Shown here: positions 48,802-58,015 of the stretch, piece after piece
How positions within the stretch are numbered: position 1 is the first letter of the stretch
Layout: every line of letters begins with the position of its first letter
Made by a program: the position numbers and the translations under genes
NCBI GenBank assembly: GCA_963699755.1
Contig: CAVOVB010000002.1
Span: 640,001 to 704,000, forward strand
DNA: 64,000 nucleotides
Source of the DNA: an uncultured delta proteobacterium
Lineage (GTDB): Bacteria; Myxococcota_A; Polyangia; Polyangiales; Houyiibacteriaceae
Direction of reading: 5' to 3'
Notes under the pieces: generated by a model
Databases searched by the model: none
Seen by the model: the letters and a program-made list of their open reading frames with translations, nothing else
What the model was told of the DNA's origin: nothing

Positions 48802-49877
48802 GGTCCCTTGGGTGAATCGACGGGCTTCACCTGATCTGGCTTGCTCTCGATGTGTTTTGCCCGGGCTTCCCAGTTGGCACGGGCCATCGCGCGCATGTCT
48901 TTGACCGAGTCCATCTCATCGACGATTTCGAGCCCGATGAGGGTTTCAAGAACGTCCTCCATGGTAACGACCCCGTCCACGCCGCCGTACTCGTCCACCA
49001 CCACGGCGATGTGCTCTCGATGGTCGAGTAGTTTCTCGAACAAGGCGGGCAGCGCAACGGTGTCAGGCACGATTAAGGCCTCCCGCGCGAAAGAGCGTAG
49101 TGGTACGTCTAGCTCGTCGCGAGCGGCGCGCAGCAGAAGCTGGTCCTTCAAGATGTATCCGGTCACCTGGTCCGGGGTTTCCTTCCAGATCGGGATTCTG
49201 GAGAAGATCATGGAGCCACGTTCCGCGATCGCATCCCGCACCTTGGTGTTTTCTCCCAGCGAGAACATGACCGTGCGGGGCGTCATGATGTCCCTGGTTC
49301 GCAGTGAGCCGAAACGAAACAGGTTTCGGAGAATTCTCATCTCCGATTTGTCGAAGATCCCCTGCTCTCCCCCGACGCGGGCCAGCGCTGCGAACTCTTC
49401 GCGCGAAAGCGTCTCCGGAACCCGCCGACGCTTCAGCAAGCCGGTGAGCTTCTCCGAGAGCCAGACCAGCGGCAGCAGGATCACGATCAGCGGCGGCAGA
49501 ACGGCAGCCATGAAGCCCGCCAATTGTCGCCAGTACATGGCTCCTAGTGTTTTCGGAATGATCTCCGCTAGAAAGAGGATGGACAGCGTCAAGATTGCCG
49601 AGGTGATAGCCAGCACCTCGGAGCCCCACAAGCGTTGCGCTTCGGCGCCGACCCCCGCCGCGCCGACGGTGTTCGCAGTCGTGTTGAGACTCAGGATTGC
49701 CGAAAGGGGCCTGTCGACATTGGCCTTGAGCGCGCGCAAACGAGCGCCCACCTTCGGTCGATCTTGTTCGAGCTTCGCAAGGTGGGACGGTGCAACGCTG
49801 AGAAGTGCGGCCTCGAGGATCGAGCATAGAAATGAGACACCCAAGGCGATGCCCATGTAGATGAAGAGCACGGTCAT
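48798..49877 (-). CDS. CNNM/DUF21 + CBS domain (CorB/HlyC-like) protein
   Basis: SFLCSILEAALLS, LSLNTTANT, EIIPKT, IMTPR, FSRIP, VDEYGG, EIVDE. Confidence 0.93.
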   Translation of the reverse strand: MTVLFIYMGIALGVSFLCSILEAALLSVAPSHLAKLEQDRPKVGARLRALKANVDRPLSAILSLNTTANTVGAAGVGAEAQRLWGSEVLAITSAILTLSILFLAEIIPKTLGAMYWRQLAGFMAAVLPPLIVILLPLVWLSEKLTGLLKRRRVPETLSREEFAALARVGGEQGIFDKSEMRILRNLFRFGSLRTRDIMTPRTVMFSLGENTKVRDAIAERGSMIFSRIPIWKETPDQVTGYILKDQLLLRAARDELDVPLRSFAREALIVPDTVALPALFEKLLDHREHIAVVVDEYGGVDGVVTMEDVLETLIGLEIVDEMDSVKDMRAMARANWEARAKHIESKPDQVKPVDSPKGP

Positions 49878-51058
49878 CCGGAGGCCCGGTCCACCCCAGG
49901 TTCGGGTTCGCCATGACGCCGGAACGGACCGTGTGCACTGAGCTCGCTGATCTGGCGTTGGACGGAAAAAGCTTCGCGCGGGAGGAAATCGGCAACCGCC
50001 TGCTCGAGCACGGGGTGACGTATCCAGTGTGCGCTGTGGATAGGCACCGGCATCAACCCACGCCTCAGCTTGTGGGTACCCTGGGCGCCGGCTTCGAAGC
50101 GGCGCATGCGATTGTCAATGGCGTGCTCGATGAGGCGATAATAGCAGAGCTCGAAATGAAGCATGTCGTGCCTTCGGGTTGCGCCCCAATATCGGCCGTA
50201 AAGATGTCCGCCTTTTGCGAAGTTGATCGAGGCGGCGACGATGCGACCCTCGTTTTTCGCGGTGAGGACGAGCGGAGAGCCAGCGAGCGTGGATGGTGCT
50301 CGCTCGAAGAACTCGGGCGTCAAATAGGGATAGGACCCCTTGCGGCCACAGGTCGCGCGGTAAAGACGCTCGAGGGTCTGCCAACCGTCGACGCTGAGCT
50401 CGTCTCCGCGAAACTCTTCGATCTGAAGCCTAGCCTCAGCGGCGACCCGGCGTTCTTTTCGTAGCTTCTTTCGCATCGACGAGCGGAACTCCGCGACGAA
50501 GTCCTCAAAGCTTTCGTATCCCTGGTTCCGCCAGTGAAACTGGAAGGAGAGCCGTTTCATCAGCCGGCCGTCGCGAGCGACCCAGTCCTGCTCTTCGGGA
50601 CTCAGGAACAGAAGATGAATCGACGAGGCCCGGGTTGCCTCCGCGGCCTCGAGACAGCCGTCGATCAAGTATCGGACGACTTCGGCCGGATTTTCCTCTG
50701 CTGCAAAGAGAAAGCGCCTCCCGGTCACGGGAGTGACCGGCACCATCGCGACGAGCTTGGGATAGTAGCTTAGCCCCAATCGCGAAGCCGCGTCCGCCCA
50801 GCTCCAGTCGAAGATGTACTCGCCATAGCTGTGGGTCTTCAGGTAGAGCGGCAAGGCGCCAATGAGCCGCTTGCCTCGCCACACGGTGACGTGCACTGGC
50901 TCCCAGCCCGAGCCGCGCCCTACCGACCCGCTTTGTTCGAGCAACGACAGAAAAGCATGCTCGACGAACGGATCGTCTTCGCCGACCAATTGATTCCAGG
51001 CCTTGGCGTCTATGGACGCCAGCGACGACGAGATCCGTATGTCGATCGACTCACGCAA
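49874..51058 (-). CDS. GNAT/FemAB-like protein (DUF482-type)
   Basis: HSYGEYIFDWSWA, YYPKL, QFHWRN, LYGRYWG, HFELCYY, FEAGAQGTHK. Confidence 0.9.
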   Translation of the reverse strand: MRESIDIRISSSLASIDAKAWNQLVGEDDPFVEHAFLSLLEQSGSVGRGSGWEPVHVTVWRGKRLIGALPLYLKTHSYGEYIFDWSWADAASRLGLSYYPKLVAMVPVTPVTGRRFLFAAEENPAEVVRYLIDGCLEAAEATRASSIHLLFLSPEEQDWVARDGRLMKRLSFQFHWRNQGYESFEDFVAEFRSSMRKKLRKERRVAAEARLQIEEFRGDELSVDGWQTLERLYRATCGRKGSYPYLTPEFFERAPSTLAGSPLVLTAKNEGRIVAASINFAKGGHLYGRYWGATRRHDMLHFELCYYRLIEHAIDNRMRRFEAGAQGTHKLRRGLMPVPIHSAHWIRHPVLEQAVADFLPREAFSVQRQISELSAHGPFRRHGEPEPGVDRASG

Positions 51059-51089
51059 GCGAGTGAGGGAGTCTGCACGACGAGAGCGG

Positions 51090-51488
51090 CTAGAGCCAGC
51101 CGCGATATCGCGTAGGCCCCTGCTTTCCGCGAATCCAGTTGATCAGGCCCTTCGCAGCAGCGTAGATCCGAAAGAACGCAGCCACTTGAAGGCGCTGGAA
51201 GCGGCTCAGTGGAGCATCGGCGCAAACCCACTTCGGATCGGATCGTCCGGCGTCGATGAAGTCTATGCGCGCCTGCGTAATCGAGCTCGCTGTGCTGCCG
51301 AGGGGCAACCGCGGGCCGAGGACGACAGCGTCGAGCGCATCACCATCGTCTCCGCGGGTACCGGGTACATGGCCGTAGTTGAATGGACATGGAATCGGCG
51401 AGACGAAATCGAGGCTTTGATCATCGTCGCGCTTGATGAAGCTGCCTCGCGGAACGTCGATGACGACCTTGAGATCCTGACCGTTCAC
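51090..51488 (-). CDS. Short family I inorganic pyrophosphatase-like protein
   Basis: PFNYGHVPGT..DGDALDA, D..DPK motifs; only 132 aa. Confidence 0.75.
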   Translation of the reverse strand: MNGQDLKVVIDVPRGSFIKRDDDQSLDFVSPIPCPFNYGHVPGTRGDDGDALDAVVLGPRLPLGSTASSITQARIDFIDAGRSDPKWVCADAPLSRFQRLQVAAFFRIYAAAKGLINWIRGKQGPTRYRGWL

Positions 51489-52135
51489 CGAGGGAGCTCG
51501 CAGGCCGCGGCCACGAGGCCTTCTTCGACGAGGTACCGGCCCGAGATCACGTCGCCGGGTCGGAACCCACCGGCCTCCTGTTGAAAGACCGCTTCGAACG
51601 AGTCATCGCCGAGCGTGACCTCGACGGCGTGGAAGCCGAGGAATTGGTTGCTGAGCGGATACTGGCACTTGTAGACGGCTTCTTTCGCACTGAAGACGAT
51701 CTTACCTGTCAGGCCCGGCGCTGGAAGCTCATGCAGCCATTCGCGTTCCTTCGGAGTGCAGACCCGTCTCCACAAGGCTTCTTTCAACGGCGTCGACGAT
51801 TCCAAGTCGATGCCAAGCGATCGAACGTTCTCGGTTCGCGCCACCGCGGCAGCGCACCAAGTGTCGGTATGAGAAATGCTGCCAATGAAGCCCGGGGGCC
51901 AAATCGGTGCACGATCTTCACCGCGCAGGATGGGCGTCGTCGCAGCAACGCCCAATCGCCCAAGGGCGAGCCGACTGCAGACGCGACCCGCGGTGAACTG
52001 CTCGACGCGAGTCCGCGTAGCGCCGTCGACCAGGGCCGCCTCGGACCTCAAGAGCCCGCCTTGTAGGGTGTGCGGATCAACCTCTTCGGTCTCTACGTTC
52101 GGACCGAGCAATCTTCGAAACAACGGCTGGTGCAT
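51485..52135 (-). CDS. 4'-phosphopantetheinyl transferase (EntD-like)
   Basis: FTAGR, PIWPPGFIGSISH, GIDLE, FSAKEAVYK. Confidence 0.92.
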   Translation of the reverse strand: MHQPLFRRLLGPNVETEEVDPHTLQGGLLRSEAALVDGATRTRVEQFTAGRVCSRLALGRLGVAATTPILRGEDRAPIWPPGFIGSISHTDTWCAAAVARTENVRSLGIDLESSTPLKEALWRRVCTPKEREWLHELPAPGLTGKIVFSAKEAVYKCQYPLSNQFLGFHAVEVTLGDDSFEAVFQQEAGGFRPGDVISGRYLVEEGLVAAACELPR

Positions 52136-53170
52136 CTATCTGGCGCCGACACCATAGGCGAGGGCAAGGATCGCAGCGGTATTTGCGACCGAGATGAGCT
52201 GTGCGATCCCGTTGAGCACATCCGCCGTGCTTGCGTACCAGGACTTGGTCACGAAAACGATGTCTCCCGGCCAGAGCTCGACATCGGTCGCCTCGCCACT
52301 CGTCAATGCCTTCAGGTTGGTAGTGTACACCCGCGGTTCGGTGAGCGGGCCTCGCACGATCCGAATGTCCTTCCGATCGGCTCGGGACATGACGATTCCT
52401 CCGGCGCGCGCCAGCGCCTCGGTCAGGCGAATGCCCTTACGGTACGCCATGGGCTGCGGTCTGCCCACCTCGCCTAGCACCATGATGAGGTTCTTGGTAA
52501 TTGCTGGAACGTAGAGCTGGTCGCCCGATTGGACGCGGATGTTGTGCTTGGAGTCCCCCTCCATGGCGAGTGGCAGGCTCACAGGCAGCGTCTTACCGTC
52601 CCGCACGAGACGCGCGAGGTCCAAATCGCCCAGCCGCTCCGGTATGAAATCCGATTTGCCAACCAAGACACCGCCGGCCTGCGCGAGTAGGTCTGCCAGC
52701 CTGGTCCCTGGGGTTACTTTGATCCGGCCCGGTGTCGTCACGGCCCCTATGACCACCGCGGAGTGGCCGTCGAGCGAGGTGATGATCAGATTCGCTCGAA
52801 CGAACCGATCGTATTGCCGTAGACCCCGCTCCACCGCCCGTTCTGCTTCGCCGAGGGTCAGGCCCCCAACCTGAATGTCGCCCGCGAGTGGCACGTGAAG
52901 CTGACCGATCGCATCGACGATGAGGCCGTCAAACTTCTCTGTCTTCGCCGAGACCGTTGTGAGCTGCACCACATCACCGGGAAACAACCGGAGCGCCTCG
53001 GGGGGATCGCTCTCCATACCCGAAGGGGTGATGGGCTCGGGCTCCTTGAAGGAAGGGTCGTCGAACGGTGTGGTGGGCGTCTGAGGGTAGCGGTTCCGAG
53101 CGCACGCTGATACCAACGCGAACGAAAGCAACAGAGCCGTGCATCGACGCATGCCTGTGGTTAGTGTCAT
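52136..53170 (-). CDS. Polysaccharide export lipoprotein (Wza/OPX-like, SLBB domains)
   Basis: Lipobox VSAC, LFPGDVV, PLAGDIQVGGLT, two SLBB repeats (GAVTTPG..LAQAGG; GEVGRP..ALARAGG), amphipathic C-terminal helix. Confidence 0.85.
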   Translation of the reverse strand: MTLTTGMRRCTALLLSFALVSACARNRYPQTPTTPFDDPSFKEPEPITPSGMESDPPEALRLFPGDVVQLTTVSAKTEKFDGLIVDAIGQLHVPLAGDIQVGGLTLGEAERAVERGLRQYDRFVRANLIITSLDGHSAVVIGAVTTPGRIKVTPGTRLADLLAQAGGVLVGKSDFIPERLGDLDLARLVRDGKTLPVSLPLAMEGDSKHNIRVQSGDQLYVPAITKNLIMVLGEVGRPQPMAYRKGIRLTEALARAGGIVMSRADRKDIRIVRGPLTEPRVYTTNLKALTSGEATDVELWPGDIVFVTKSWYASTADVLNGIAQLISVANTAAILALAYGVGAR

Positions 53171-53237
53171 CTAGGGCTATCCGCAAGCTCGAAGTGAGAA
53201 ACGCCGCGGCTGCGTCTATACTATTCCCGAACCGTCG

Positions 53238-54656
53238 ATGACGAGCAAGAAACCCACCGACTGGGGCGGCGCTATGGATGCCGAGCTGGCCCCCATCATG
53301 CGCGTCGTCGATTTCGTGTTGATTTACGCAGCGCTCTGGCTGCCAACCTATGCCCGAGGGGAGAGCTGGGACCAGAAGTCCTGGACCGCCGCAACGATCG
53401 CAGCGGTTCTCTTCATGGTGATAGGGCAATCGCTGCGGCTCTATCAGAGCGCACGCGGGATGCGCCTCAAGCCTCAACTGGTGCGTGCATGGGCCGGCTG
53501 GTTCGTCGGCGTCGTTCCGGTTCTTCTGTTTCTCCTCTTCATCTCCAAGCGGTCGGAGGAGTATTCGCGCCTCACGGTCTCCACCTGGTTCGTGCTCGCG
53601 CCATTGCTCGTGGCCGTTTGGCGGACCGCAACCACGCTCACTCTGCGCGAGCTGAGGACACACGGGTACAACACCCGGCCCGCCGCGATCATCGGAATGA
53701 CCGAGCTCGGCGAAAGGCTCGCTCGTCAGATCAAGACCACGCCCTCACTCGGGCTCGAAGTCCACGGTTTCTACGACGACCGCGCCGAGGATCGCTGCCA
53801 TCCCATCGAGGAGTCGCTCGGTCAACGCGCAGGCGATTTGAAAGACGCGGTCGACGCCGCGAGGGCAGGCGAGATCGATCTCATCTACATCGCCTTTCCG
53901 TTGCGAGCGGAACCGCGGATTGCCGAGCTCCTGCGGCAGCTGTCGGACACGACGGCTTCGGTGTATCTGGCGGCCGACTTCTTCGCATTTGAGCTCTTGC
54001 ACGCTCGCTGGGGAACCCTTGGCGGTGTGCCCACGGTCAGCCTGCACGAGACCCCATTTTACGGTGTCGATGGTTGGCTCAAACGCATCGAGGACATCGT
54101 GCTGGGCACGCTCATTCTGATCAGCATCTCCATTCCGATGCTGGTGATCGGCATCGCGGTAAAACTGACTTCTGCGGGCCCGGCCCTGTTCAGGCAGCGC
54201 CGGTACGGACTGAACGGAGAGGTGATTAACGTACTGAAGTTCCGTTCCATGACCGTGACCGAGGACGGCCCCCAGATCAAACAAGCCACTGCCGGCGATG
54301 CCCGCATCACCAAGCTCGGTGCATTTCTCAGGCGCACGAACCTAGACGAGCTCCCGCAGTTCCTAAACGTGCTCGAAGGCACCATGAGCATTGTCGGTCC
54401 GAGGCCCCACGCCGTCGCGCACAACGAGCTCTACCGCAAGAAGATCCAAGGTTATATGCTCCGGCACAAGGTCAAACCCGGAATCACGGGCTGGGCCCAG
54501 GTGAACGGGTGGCGGGGCGAGACCGACACGCTGGACAAGATGGAAAAGCGCGTGGAGCATGACTTGGACTATATTCGCAACTGGAGTCTAATGTGGGACT
54601 TGCAGATCATCTTCATGACGGTGTTCGGGTCCGGCGCCAAGCAGAACGCGTACTGA
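53238..54656 (+). CDS. wcaJ: Undecaprenyl-phosphate glucose phosphotransferase
   Basis: KRIED, KFRSM, DELPQF, MSIVGPRPHA, VKPGITGWAQVNGWRG. Confidence 0.93.
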   Translation: MTSKKPTDWGGAMDAELAPIMRVVDFVLIYAALWLPTYARGESWDQKSWTAATIAAVLFMVIGQSLRLYQSARGMRLKPQLVRAWAGWFVGVVPVLLFLLFISKRSEEYSRLTVSTWFVLAPLLVAVWRTATTLTLRELRTHGYNTRPAAIIGMTELGERLARQIKTTPSLGLEVHGFYDDRAEDRCHPIEESLGQRAGDLKDAVDAARAGEIDLIYIAFPLRAEPRIAELLRQLSDTTASVYLAADFFAFELLHARWGTLGGVPTVSLHETPFYGVDGWLKRIEDIVLGTLILISISIPMLVIGIAVKLTSAGPALFRQRRYGLNGEVINVLKFRSMTVTEDGPQIKQATAGDARITKLGAFLRRTNLDELPQFLNVLEGTMSIVGPRPHAVAHNELYRKKIQGYMLRHKVKPGITGWAQVNGWRGETDTLDKMEKRVEHDLDYIRNWSLMWDLQIIFMTVFGSGAKQNAY

Positions 54657-54659
54657 GCA

Positions 54660-56642
54660 ATGCGGCCCGTGTCGATCGCAAATGATGATGGCTCAGCTCA
54701 AATCGGCGGAACGAGCGGGAACGCGAGCTCAGGACGTTCCGGGGTTCCCGTCGATCCGTATCGTCTTCGACGAGCGTTCACCAGCGGCAAGCGTTTACTA
54801 ATCGGAGCGGCGCTCCTTGGGCTCCTGGCCGGGTTTATGACGGCGAAGCTCGTCATGTCGAGCGCCTATGAAACCACGGCGCTCTTGAAGTACGAAGGAG
54901 ACCTCCGCGTAGCTGACATGCCCCAGGCGCAGGACGCGATTGCCCCTGCCGCAGATGCCCTGAGGCGCCAATCCGTTCTCCGCAAGATCGCCGACGAGAC
55001 TGGGTTTGAAGGGAGCTTGACGACCCTTCAGTATACCATCAACTACGAGATCGACCTGATGTCCGCGACGATCCGCGTCACCGTGCAAGGCGAAACGGCG
55101 CAAGACGCTGCCGACTTCGCTCGCATCGTTACCAATGTGTTCATGGACTATCACAAGGAACGACAGTCGAGGCGCCTCGAGGCTGAGATGTCGCGCGTGG
55201 CCAAGCGTATCGAGGCTGCCGACAGCGAGCTCGGCATCGCTCGACGACGGTACAACGAGTTCCGCGAACAACATGGAATCGCCGACCTTCCCACCGAACA
55301 GCAGTCCATGGTCCAATCGGCGGCCAAGCTTCGCGCCGACAGCCAGCTCGCCATGTCGGAGATCCGCGCGCTCGAAGCCCAGGTGAGCAGTCTGGAAACG
55401 CTGCTCGCAAGCACGCCGAAGACCAGTGTCACCGGCGGTGGAACCTCCCCAGAAAGAACGGCATACAATGGCCTTCGCGAGGAGCTGGCAAACGCAAGGG
55501 CCACGCTCTCAGCAGAGCATCCGCGGGTTCAGGCCCTCCAGCAGCAAGTGGAACAGCTCGGCAGGGAGTTGCGCTCCGAAGGCAGCACGATGAGCGGGGG
55601 CTCGGTCGGCGTCAGCGCGACCTACCAACTCCTCGAAGGGCAGCTTCGGGACGCGAAATCGCGCTTGGCCGCTGCTCGGGAACGCCAACGAGGCCTCTCC
55701 GAGATGGCCGATACCGCGCAGCATCGAGTCGAGAATTTCTCGGGTATCGAAGGCGAGGCGTCAGCATTGTTGGCCGAGGTCAAAGTCAACGAGAACCTGA
55801 TTAGTGGCCTGCGGCGCACCGAGGCAGCCCTCGAAGACGCGCTGCGCGATCCGCCAAGCGGCTTCGTGGTGCTCGATCCCGGAGCCGTGCCTGAGTACCC
55901 GGTCAAGAACAAGATGAAGACCGTCGTCTTTCTCGCCCTGCCGATGGTCACCGTGGGCCTGGCATTGTTGATCGTGTTGCGGCGCGAGTTCGGTGGGCTC
56001 CGACTCGAGACGCCGGCCGAGGTGGCCTTCTGGGGCAAGGGACCAGTGCTGGGGGCAACGACCTGGCCACAAGACCCGCTTGGTTTGGATGAGTTGGTGG
56101 CGGGGCTCGACGACTTCGCGCCGCGCGCGAAGGGGAGCCTGCTGATCGTCGGCGGCTCACGGGCGGAGTCACCGCTCGCCGCCGAGCTTGCCGAACGGAT
56201 GAACAACGACTGGTTCTTGATCGAGCAGGGCCCCGCCAGCCCTAGCGCGCGGCAACCCGACACCGAAGGGCGGGCCCCTCTGCAGACACCGCCTCCGTCG
56301 GGGCCCTACCCGATCAGCCGCACGAGCAATCAGTCGGTCGCACTCGTCCGGCGACCTCCACCCAAGGTCCAATCCATCCGCTTGGCGACGGCTCGAGACC
56401 AGTTGCGGCTCGAAGCCTGGGACGGATCCTTCGAAGGGCAAGCGCTCCGGCGGGCCGCGCGCCTCGCGGATCGCGTTGTGGTGCTCGTGCAGTCCGGCGC
56501 GATTTCCGCTCTTGGGCTGAGCGGCATTCAGAATCGACTCGGCCGCCAGCACGGCATCGGATACATTCTGGTCGGGCTCTCCGAAGAGCTCCGTACGCTT
56601 CCAGACCGGGCTGGAGACGTCGCCGCATTCTGGAGAGGCTGA
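54660..56642 (+). CDS. Wzc/GumC-like polysaccharide co-polymerase with degenerate cytoplasmic domain
   Basis: TM, long coiled coil (EHPRVQAL), Pro-rich segment, second TM; follows wcaJ; no intact Walker A. Confidence 0.78.
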   Translation: MRPVSIANDDGSAQIGGTSGNASSGRSGVPVDPYRLRRAFTSGKRLLIGAALLGLLAGFMTAKLVMSSAYETTALLKYEGDLRVADMPQAQDAIAPAADALRRQSVLRKIADETGFEGSLTTLQYTINYEIDLMSATIRVTVQGETAQDAADFARIVTNVFMDYHKERQSRRLEAEMSRVAKRIEAADSELGIARRRYNEFREQHGIADLPTEQQSMVQSAAKLRADSQLAMSEIRALEAQVSSLETLLASTPKTSVTGGGTSPERTAYNGLREELANARATLSAEHPRVQALQQQVEQLGRELRSEGSTMSGGSVGVSATYQLLEGQLRDAKSRLAAARERQRGLSEMADTAQHRVENFSGIEGEASALLAEVKVNENLISGLRRTEAALEDALRDPPSGFVVLDPGAVPEYPVKNKMKTVVFLALPMVTVGLALLIVLRREFGGLRLETPAEVAFWGKGPVLGATTWPQDPLGLDELVAGLDDFAPRAKGSLLIVGGSRAESPLAAELAERMNNDWFLIEQGPASPSARQPDTEGRAPLQTPPPSGPYPISRTSNQSVALVRRPPPKVQSIRLATARDQLRLEAWDGSFEGQALRRAARLADRVVVLVQSGAISALGLSGIQNRLGRQHGIGYILVGLSEELRTLPDRAGDVAAFWRG

Positions 56643-56644
56643 GC

Positions 56645-57442
56645 TCAGCCGTAGAGGCGGACGGTCTCTTTGCTCACCATTTCGATAGCCGCTCGGCGCC
56701 CGAGGAGACGGCTGAGGAGCACCGAGGCAAATCGATTGCGTAGGCCTGAGACGCCAGTCGGACGCTGGCCGAGATCTCCGAGCGCTTGCTCGGTCACTTC
56801 GTCAGCTCGCATGGGCCGCGCTAAGCCGCTAGATGGTATGTCGTCCGTCGCCGATTCGTAATTCGGCGTGAGCGTCGCGCCTGCTATGCAGGCCAGTACG
56901 TCCACACCGCGGCTACGGAGCTCGTACCAGAGGCCCTCCGCGAGGATCGTGTCGTAGGCCTTGGTGGCGGCGTAGTTCGCAACCATGGCTGTGCCCTGGT
57001 ACCCGCTCATCGAGGACATGAGAATGATTCCCCCCTTCCCGCGGTCGGCCAAGCGGCGCCCGAAGTAGTGGCAGAAGCGCAAGGGACCGTGAACGTTGAC
57101 CGCTATGGCTTTGAGGTGCTCTTCAACCTCGATGTCGATGAACGCGCCGATCGGAGAATACGCGGCGTTGTAGATCAACAGGCCGACGTCCAGCCCCTCC
57201 GTTGCCGCATTCACCTCCGACACCGAGTCTGCAGCCCCCAGATCGAGAGATTGTACGCGAATCTCGACACCGTGCTGATCTCGAAGCTCCACCGCCAGTG
57301 CTTCGAGCGGCGCCGCCCGGCGCGCGACGAGGACCAAGTTCATGCCGCGTACAGCGAGCTTCTGCGAAAACGATGCGCCAATCCCCTCGGACGCGCCAGC
57401 GACGACCGCCCAGGGCCCGTACCGCTCGATGAAGTCGCCCAT
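56645..57442 (-). CDS. Short-chain dehydrogenase/reductase (17beta-HSD/KAR-like)
   Basis: YGPWAVVAGASEGIG, YNAA, MSS, YAATK, VDVL. Confidence 0.92.
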   Translation of the reverse strand: MGDFIERYGPWAVVAGASEGIGASFSQKLAVRGMNLVLVARRAAPLEALAVELRDQHGVEIRVQSLDLGAADSVSEVNAATEGLDVGLLIYNAAYSPIGAFIDIEVEEHLKAIAVNVHGPLRFCHYFGRRLADRGKGGIILMSSMSGYQGTAMVANYAATKAYDTILAEGLWYELRSRGVDVLACIAGATLTPNYESATDDIPSSGLARPMRADEVTEQALGDLGQRPTGVSGLRNRFASVLLSRLLGRRAAIEMVSKETVRLYG

Positions 57443-57955
57443 TCAGACGTTCTCGGTGAAGGGCGTCTCGGTGTTGTACATGCGCTTGATCACGTAAATG
57501 GGAACCAGCAACCAAGGTGCGTTGAGCGCGAGTACGAGAAGCGGCGCGGGCGTTGGGTGCGGCCCCATGAACTCCTCACCGAGAATGATCGTCACGTTGG
57601 TCATCATGACCGAAGCCCAGATGATGCTCGGGATGCGAATCCAGTTCTTGCCCTTGGTCCAGGCATAGATCGCGAAGACGTAGAACGGCCCGAAAAAGAG
57701 GGAGTCGATCCAGATCGTCATGCGCCACCAGACGGGACGAGCGATGAGAACGGGATCGAAGTTCTTGCCATACCAATGGATGATGTCGACGAAGAACGCG
57801 GGCGGCCACAGGGGGTACTCCCAGTCCCCGCTGATGTCGGGCAAGACGATTTGCTCGACATCGACGATGTAGGTGATCAGCAGGATGTTGATCCAGAAGT
57901 AGACCAGAACAACGATGTCGCCTTTGCGGCGAGACAGGGGAATGACGCGTTCCAT
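57443..57955 (-). CDS. EXPERA/EBP-superfamily (TMEM97/TM6SF-like) membrane protein
   Basis: 4 TM helices; WYGKNFDP, PVWW..IDSLFFGPFY, NAPWLLVP pattern. Confidence 0.72.
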   Translation of the reverse strand: MERVIPLSRRKGDIVVLVYFWINILLITYIVDVEQIVLPDISGDWEYPLWPPAFFVDIIHWYGKNFDPVLIARPVWWRMTIWIDSLFFGPFYVFAIYAWTKGKNWIRIPSIIWASVMMTNVTIILGEEFMGPHPTPAPLLVLALNAPWLLVPIYVIKRMYNTETPFTENV

Positions 57956-58015
57956 GAAGGCCCTCGTATGGCTGAGTTCCGGGGAGGGTACTCAGGGAGA
58001 GTGAAAAATCTACCG

